Part shown: piece by piece, positions 53,297 through 55,031 of the stretch
Layout of the letters: the number at the start of each line of letters is the position of its first letter
How positions within the stretch are numbered: position 1 is the first letter of the stretch
Source: Prorocentrum cordatum
Taxonomy: Eukaryota
Direction of reading: 5' to 3'
Assembly (NCBI GenBank): GCA_963575745.1
Contig: CAUYUJ010000190.1
Coordinates: forward strand, 62,001 to 117,031
Length of the DNA stretch: 55,031 bases
The notes under the pieces: generated by a model
Told to the model about the DNA's origin: nothing
What the model saw: the letters and a program-made list of their open reading frames with translations, nothing else
Databases searched by the model: none
Made by a program: the position numbers and the translations under genes

Positions 53297-54786
53297 TTCC
53301 CAACCATCCTGTGGTGTTGGGTCCTCGTTTTGAAGAGGCGGTGCCCCGCGTCCCTCCTCCTTCCTTCCTTCCTTCCTCCTCCCCCTCCTCCCTCCTCCCC
53401 CTCCTTGCCTCTGCTCTCGGCACACCTCTCACACGTTTCGTAGCCCCATAGGGAGCTCCACCGAAGGCCCCAGTGGGGTGTTCGCATGCGGTTCCCGCAC
53501 CCAGGGCAGCGCTTCGTGTCCCCATAGGGAGCTCCACCGAAGGCGGTGTTCGCATGCGGTTCCCGCACCCAGGGCAGCGTTTCGTGGCCCCATAGGGAGC
53601 TCCGCCGATGGCCCCAGTGGGGGGGGTCGCATGCGGTTCCCCCACACAGGGCAGCGTTTCGTGGCCCCATAGGGAGCTCCGCCGATGGCCCCAGTGGGGG
53701 GGGGGGTCGCATGCGGTTCCTCCACCCAGGGCAGCGTTTCGTGGCCCCATAGAGAGCTCCGCCGTAGGCCCCAGTGGGGGTGCCCTCATGCGGTTCCCCC
53801 AGCCAGGGCAGCGTTTCGTGGTCCCATAGGGAGCTCCGCCGATGGCCCCAGTGGGGGGGGGGGTCAAGCACTGCGTCCCCCACGCCAGAGTCAGCGTTTC
53901 GTGTTCCCATAGGGAGCTCCGCCGATGGCCCCAGTGGGGGGGGGGTCGCATGCGGTTCCCCTACCCAGGGCAGCGTTTCGTGGCCCCATAGGGAGCTCCG
54001 CCGATGGCTCCAGTGGCTGCTCTCGCCTGCGGTTCCCCCACCCAGGGCAGCGTTTCGTGGCCCCATAGGGAGCTCGGCCGATGGCCCCACTGGGGGGGTC
54101 GCATGCGGTTCCCCCACCCGGGGCAAGCGCTTGTCGTAGCCCATGGGGGGAGCCCCAACTTAGAAACGGACCGATGGCCCCAGTGGGGGGAGGGGGGGGT
54201 GCGAATGCGGTTCCCCCGCCCAAGGCAGCGTTTCGTGGCCCCATAGGGAGCTCCTCCGATGGCCCAAGTGGTGGGTGGGGGGGGGTGGCATGCGGTTCCC
54301 CCGCCCAAGGCAGCGTTTCGTGGCCCCATAGGGAGCTCCACCGAAGGCCCCAGTGGGGGTGCCCGCATGCGGTCCCCCCACCCAGGGCAGCGTTTCGTGG
54401 CCCCATAGGGAGCTCCACGGTAGGCCCCAGTGGCTGCTCTCGCATGTCGTTCCCCCACCCAGGGCAGCGTTTCGTGGCCCCATATGGAGCTCCACCGTAG
54501 GCCCCAGTGGGGGTGCCCGCATGCGGTTCCCCCAGCCAGGGCAGCGCTTCGTGGCCCCATAGGGAACTCCACCGAAGGCCCCAGTGGGGGTGCCCGCATG
54601 CGGTTCCCGCACCAAGGGCAGCGCTTCGTGTCCCCATAGGGAGCTCCACCGAAGGCCCCACTGGGGGTGTTCGCATGCGGTTCCCGCACCCAGGGCAGCG
54701 CTTCAGGGAACCCCACCGAATGCGTTGCTCACAAAGGCGGCACTCACAACTGCATACGGCTGGGTCCTTCGCCAGGCCAATTTTGG
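53297..54786 (+). repeat. Satellite-bearing dispersed element, type B (~77-80-bp units)
   Basis: Head TTCCCAACCATCCTGTGGTGTTGGGTCCTCGTTTTGAAGAG; unit CAGGGCAGCGTTTCGTGGCCCCATAGGGAGCTCC.CCGA.GGCCCCAGTGGGG..CGCATGCGGTTCCC. Confidence 0.88.
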
Positions 54787-54952
54787 TGTGATTATCGGGC
54801 ATCATGGGCGGTCTCGGACGCCTGGACAACAGAAGAACAGAGCATTTCCCCAATCATGCAACAACCATAGGAGACCAATGTCTTTCTGCATGTCGGACGC
54901 CTTCTGGAGGAAGAGGTGGAGGAGGAAGAAGAGGAGGAATCGGATGATGCTC

Positions 54953-55031
<79 letters not shown>

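Overview
A repeat-dominated, GC-rich eukaryotic window. It is almost certainly dinoflagellate, because it carries a near-perfect copy of the dinoflagellate spliced leader (SL) and a relict copy; the species cannot be established from the sequence. Most ORF-track entries are shadows of microsatellites or GC-rich repeats. Supportable content: (1) the 3' end of a Ty1/copia element with a polypurine tract and a ~121-bp LTR; (2) a split + strand ERGIC3/Erv46-like gene (~12460-28779) with an inserted PAN/Apple-like domain, a relict SL upstream, and introns mostly bounded by inverted and/or direct repeats rather than clean GT-AG sites; (3) an antisense, SL-capped, decayed LINE inside that gene; (4) a complete ~10.1-kb tyrosine-recombinase (YR) retrotransposon (35344-45435). 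This last element has A1...B1-A2-B2 split direct repeats, sits in a (CAT)n tract, and has one 3045-aa ORF fusing RT, RNase H, a DnaJ-like domain and a YR with apparently substituted catalytic residues. (5) Many MITE and satellite families, one with variable-length target duplications. All domain calls are by-eye motif recognition; no searches were run.
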